A stretch of DNA of 64,000 nucleotides, taken from an uncultured delta proteobacterium. Lineage in GTDB: Bacteria; Desulfobacterota; Syntrophobacteria; BM002. Location: contig CAVQGX010000020.1 in assembly GCA_963712115.1 (NCBI GenBank), forward strand, positions 187,880-251,879. The letters run 5' to 3'. The notes under the pieces are model-generated. The model was not told the DNA's origin and did no database searches. It saw only the letters and a list, made by a program, of their open reading frames with translations. Both the position numbers and the translations under genes were made by a program. How positions within the stretch are numbered: the stretch's first letter is position 1; every line of letters begins with the position of its first letter. This document shows positions 60,333-64,000 of the stretch, piece by piece.

Positions 60333-60747
60333 GTGAGTTTATCCTGAGCGAAGCGAAGGAAGTCCGTCCCGCTTTCCGAAAACAAGTCCATCCTAAAGAA
60401 CTGTTCCCAATAAGAAATCGAAATCTGGCATCGAGATTCCATGAGCAACTGGTTCGTTTACATAATCGAGAAGAAAAAGAAGCTGTACGTGGGAATTACC
60501 ACCGATTTAGAGAACAGGATTCGGCAGCATCGAAGTCCAGAGCTACTTTACAGGGAAGGCCCTGTACCCAAAGCTTATGCCCTAAAAAGAGAAAGAAAGC
60601 TTAAAGGTTGGACTAGGAAAAAGAAGTTAGAGTTAATTGCGAAGGCCTCCTCGCAACAACAGTGAGTTTATCCTGAGCGAAGCGAAGGAAGTCCGTCCCG
60701 GGGAGCCAGAAAGTAAAAACCCCCAAAGCGGGGTTTTTTACTTTCTG
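60333..60747 (+). repeat. 39-bp direct repeats around the GIY-YIG gene; the second copy continues into a duplicated tRNA 3' end and terminator
   Basis: GTGAGTTTATCCTGAGCGAAGCGAAGGAAGTCCGTCCCG at 60333-60371 and 60662-60700; 60690-60747 duplicates 60249-60306. Confidence 0.9.
60441..60665 (+). CDS. Minimal GIY-YIG nuclease (UPF0213/YhbQ-like)
   Basis: WFVYII..LYVGITTDLENRIRQH..ALKRERKLKGWTRKKK. Confidence 0.85.
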   Translation: MSNWFVYIIEKKKKLYVGITTDLENRIRQHRSPELLYREGPVPKAYALKRERKLKGWTRKKKLELIAKASSQQQ

Positions 60748-60847
60748 CTTCCTCCGGGCTCGCTTTGAAATCCTGCATGTCGGTGTGGAGACATCAAAAG
60801 CATATCTTGAGTATTTGCTATTGCTTATGATCGTGGATATAAGATAA

Positions 60848-61189
60848 TCAGCCCCCTCCTTTATACAACGAATCGATCATTTTTCTTCTTTCCTTGTTAG
60901 GGCATTTGTCCATTTCTGCAGTTAGGCGTGCTTCGTGCAATGGCATTTTTTCATCTGGGTACCGACAAAGGAAGATTCCATCCACTTCTTCAGCGTCGCG
61001 GTTGTCTGAGACGATCTTGGCGGGTTTTACAATTATTTTAGCTTTTGCATATGGGCAGCGAACATCGCTTGCAGGGTACGATCTGGCAAAGCAGTATTTC
61101 CGAACAAACAATTGATCTTCAGAGGATGTCCTCTGCCGTTTTTTCATTTCCATCGTCCTTTCTCGTGTTTCATTTTCAGGGGCCTGCAT
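60848..61189 (-). CDS. Hypothetical protein (four Cys)
   Basis: ORF only; no family recognised. Confidence 0.45.
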   Translation of the reverse strand: MQAPENETRERTMEMKKRQRTSSEDQLFVRKYCFARSYPASDVRCPYAKAKIIVKPAKIVSDNRDAEEVDGIFLCRYPDEKMPLHEARLTAEMDKCPNKERRKMIDSLYKGGG

Positions 61190-61212
61190 CTAGGATGATC
61201 TGGTGAGCATGA

Positions 61213-61401
61213 CTATATCTTTTTTGGAGGCTCAAACGGCTTTTTGGCTTCAGATTGCAATTTTTCCATAATAGCTAGGCGGTGGCACATATCACAGAGA
61301 AAATAAGATCCCCAGGGGATGAAATACTCTCTTCTACCCTCCTCGACCTGATGATAGGTGGCCTTGCAATTGGCACACTGTGTCTGAGAGTTAGTTTTCA
61401 T
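61213..61401 (-). CDS. Small putative zinc-binding protein
   Basis: CANC..CDMC pair; GAGG upstream. Confidence 0.5.
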   Translation of the reverse strand: MKTNSQTQCANCKATYHQVEEGRREYFIPWGSYFLCDMCHRLAIMEKLQSEAKKPFEPPKKI

Positions 61402-61755
61402 TTTAGCTGTTTTTTCCTCTCAGTGAATTTACTTTGTTAGACCAGCAGGAAACCAATTGTGCTTAATAGATAATTACTAGCGCGGGAGATGCAGCATGAA
61501 CTCAAGCCAATGCAAACCTGGTGATTGAGTCAAGGCGAATATCAGTCTTCTTCCGTGTACAGTGTCCGAATATGATTCGGATCTATAAGAGCTAGCAGTT
61601 CTTCCGGATGTTCATTTTTATTGACTTGATAAATCCATGTCCTGTTACCTTCTACGACCCTTGCATCTTTGTAGGCTAACTCTGTGCCGTTTTTCAGTAT
61701 TACTGTAATTTTCCTGCCCATATGGATACCAAGAGTACCTCTCTCTAATTACATG

Positions 61756-61959
61756 TTATAGCCTCGAGGCTGCCCAGAGAACAGCCTGAAAGAGATTAGG
61801 TGCATTAATCTTTTTGAGAATATAGTTTGTTTCCAACCTGACAGTTCGAGTGCTAAGGCAGAGTAGTTCTGCAATTTCCTCTTCTGCGGTCCCTACAGCT
61901 AGCAGGGCGAGTATCTTAATCTGGTCCTCATTTAGGCTGTTAGCTTTGCAAGCTGACAT
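61756..61959 (-). CDS. Stand-alone LuxR-type HTH protein
   Basis: L...QIKIL.LLA.G...EEIAELL.LS.RTV....NYILKKI.A.N..QAVLWA. Confidence 0.75.
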   Translation of the reverse strand: MSACKANSLNEDQIKILALLAVGTAEEEIAELLCLSTRTVRLETNYILKKINAPNLFQAVLWAASRL

Positions 61960-62023
61960 TGTTTAATGTCCGTTTTACAATCAAAAAAGTAAGCATACCA
62001 CGTATGGATAGATAAATGGTCCA

Positions 62024-62320
62024 CTAAACTGGAGACTGCTCTAATTCCTTAATGGCAGTCTTATAAAGTTCCAGCAGAGTGTCCCTGTTTTGGTTCATAA
62101 TGCGGCTGATCTTGCCGAAATGATTTTTCAAAAGATCATCAACTTCAGACCAGGTACCCTTCAAATGGCTCGGAGATCGTTTCATATCATTTATTTTTTG
62201 TTTGAATAGATCGATCATCACTCTGTCCGTCATTTGCTGGACATCCCTTAAATGATATTCTTCCTCTGCTTTTCTCATGGCTCGAGCCCTCCCTAAACCC
62301 CCAATCTTGCAATTGTTCAA
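62024..62320 (-). CDS. Hypothetical helical protein
   Basis: ORF only; start uncertain. Confidence 0.4.
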   Translation of the reverse strand: MNNCKIGGLGRARAMRKAEEEYHLRDVQQMTDRVMIDLFKQKINDMKRSPSHLKGTWSEVDDLLKNHFGKISRIMNQNRDTLLELYKTAIKELEQSPV

Positions 62321-62437
62321 AATGCAATGACCGAAACGCCCCTTCTAATCTATCTTCACACTATTATAGAGACATTGATGGTGGATAGAAATAAAATAAT
62401 GCGGTAAATATCATCACGAAAGAGTGATTAAAAATCA

Positions 62438-64000
62438 CTACTTTTGGAGGGATCTAAGATAGGATCTGAGATTGACCTTCTTATTCTTTAGGTCTAGCTT
62501 GCTTCTCATGTGGAATCTGTGCGACCGGATCGTATTCTCCGACGCATTTAGTAAAACTGCAATTTCTTTAGAAGTTTTGCCATCCTTGATCAGGCTGGCA
62601 ACCTTAATCTCTGAGGGAGTAAGACTCAAGAACCTCGATGACAACCTGGTCACAAAGGGGGAGAAAATCTCTTTCATGTTTGATTCCAGAATGCCAACCA
62701 GGGTCATTTGATCGGAATGCAAACTACTGTTCTTTAGCTTTTCAACATAAGGCAACACCAGTTCCTTGACATTGGCAAGAATCTTTTCCTCAAAATCATT
62801 TTTGTCTTCCTCCCTCCGCTTTAGCAGAACATTTAGTGCGGCATTGACCTCTTCAAGATGGCGCGATTTTTCGAGCAGTTCAGCCTCACTTTTACGCAGT
62901 GCTTCCTCTGCCCTTTTTTGCTCGGTAACGTCGAAAAAGACTCCGCTCACATAGTCGATCTCCCCTTGCTGGTCACATAGTATCATTGCCCTTTCCTGTA
63001 TCCAGAGGATATCCTCACTTTTGGTCTTGATCCTGTATTCCCTTGCATATGACTTGTCAGTCTTCAATGCCTTAATGAAGGATTCCCTCACACCGGCAAG
63101 GTCTTCTTCAACAATCAAGTCAGACCACTTCATCCTCCGGGAGTTAAATTCTTTCATATTATACCCGGTCAAGGCTTCAATTTTTTCATCAACAAAATCT
63201 GCAGACCAGTCTTTGTATCCTTTGTAGACAATGCCTGGTAGATTCTCCACCAATAGCCTGTACTTCTGCTCACTCTCCCGTAAATATTTTTCTCCCCGCT
63301 TACGCGCGGTAACGTCTCTCAAAAACGCCTGCCGCGCTGGTTTTCCCTGATAGGGAATAGGGTTGACTGAGATCTCAGCATCGAACTCGGTTCCGTCCTG
63401 CCTCAATGCCTTGAACTCGTAACGATTGACCACATCTTTTCCGCTCTCCCTGTCCAGACCTCTTTGCACCAAAAGGTCTCGATGCTCGTGGGATACAAAC
63501 TCGGCAAAATTGTGTCCTATAACCTCCTCTGCCTTAGAGGCGCCATACATATCCAGCAAGGCCTGATTGGCGAATTTGAGCTCGGTTCCCTGTACTATGG
63601 CTATGCCATCAATAGAAGCTTTCAACCAGTCTTCGGTACTTCTCCTCGCTCTCCCTCAGTGCCTGCTCCGCCTGCTTGCGCTCGGTAATGTCACGTACCG
63701 TGAAAATTGCGCCTCTCGAAAGCTCTCTAGGATCGAGAGCAGACGAGCACAACAAAGCATCAATTACGCTGCCATTTTTACGTCTGAGACGCGTTTCTAC
63801 TGTACCAATGCCACGCTGCTTGATCTCTTGGTATTTAACCCTCCCAACCCGGTCAAACTCTTCTTCGCTTTCATATACGATCCTGGCACTCTGTCCTACC
63901 AGCTCATCTGCAGAATATCCCAGCATTTCGCTCATTCGATGACTCACCCAACCAAATACTCGATTCTTGACCAGACCGATGCCTACCGGTGCAGCATTCA
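62438..64000 (-). CDS. Multi-PAS LuxR-family regulator (5' end beyond the window; frameshift at ~63622)
   Basis: At least three PAS/PAC domains, LEEVNAALNVLL..EEKILANVKELVLPY, C-terminal LTPSEIKVA..GKTSKEIA..HR..R.KL. Confidence 0.88.

Noticed and set aside
60333-60700. CRISPR array from the 39-bp repeats or the periodic repeats
   Set aside because: Only two copies, 329 bp apart, enclosing a gene. No regular spacers and no cas genes.
63609-63611. Selenocysteine readthrough at other premature TGA codons (also 316, ~6406, ~52056)
   Set aside because: Homology continues in a different frame, no Cys is expected there and no hairpin was seen; these are frameshifts.
60192-64000. Prophage or integrative element at tRNA-Asn
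   Set aside because: The duplicated 3' end encloses only ~440 bp, and there are no integrase or phage genes in the window.

Overview
Bacterial chromosomal window. Gene content and repeat style suggest an anaerobic Desulfobacterota (deltaproteobacterial) genome; this is an inference. It holds two type IV pilus/T2SS-like clusters. The first is a fimU-pilW-pilV module with a divergent GspE/PilB ATPase (0.1-5.6 kb). The second is a ~16-kb operon (16.6-32.9 kb): sensor kinase, receiver, PocR/GAF/HD-GYP, STAS, MshEN-ATPase, PilC, four (pseudo)pilins, a PilX-NHL adhesin, PilMNOP and a secretin. It is bracketed by a GGDEF cyclase and a large secreted protein. Four sigma-54-type promoters lie upstream of the pilus and secreted-protein genes. 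Housekeeping genes include recN, acyP, ligA, hup, priA, pyrE, pyrF, tadA, dnaX-ybaB-recR, porCDAB, two tRNA-Ser and tRNA-Asn. Main points of interest: (1) a YeeE/YedE transporter half with an in-frame UGA at the conserved Cys plus a SECIS-like hairpin, i.e. a probable selenoprotein; (2) a four-helix-bundle gene embedded in 7-nt-periodic inverted arms whose 'empty' versions occur twice elsewhere, plus many related periodic repeats; (3) a minimal GIY-YIG nuclease in direct repeats tied to duplicated tRNA-Asn halves; (4) a dispersed element whose core is flipped between copies and which carries an outward -35 box; (5) nested micro-palindrome insertions; (6) a GNAT-thiolase-GNAT operon whose thiolase lacks the second catalytic Cys; (7) a RAYT flanked by REPs. 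About ten small frameshifts are most likely sequencing or assembly errors.
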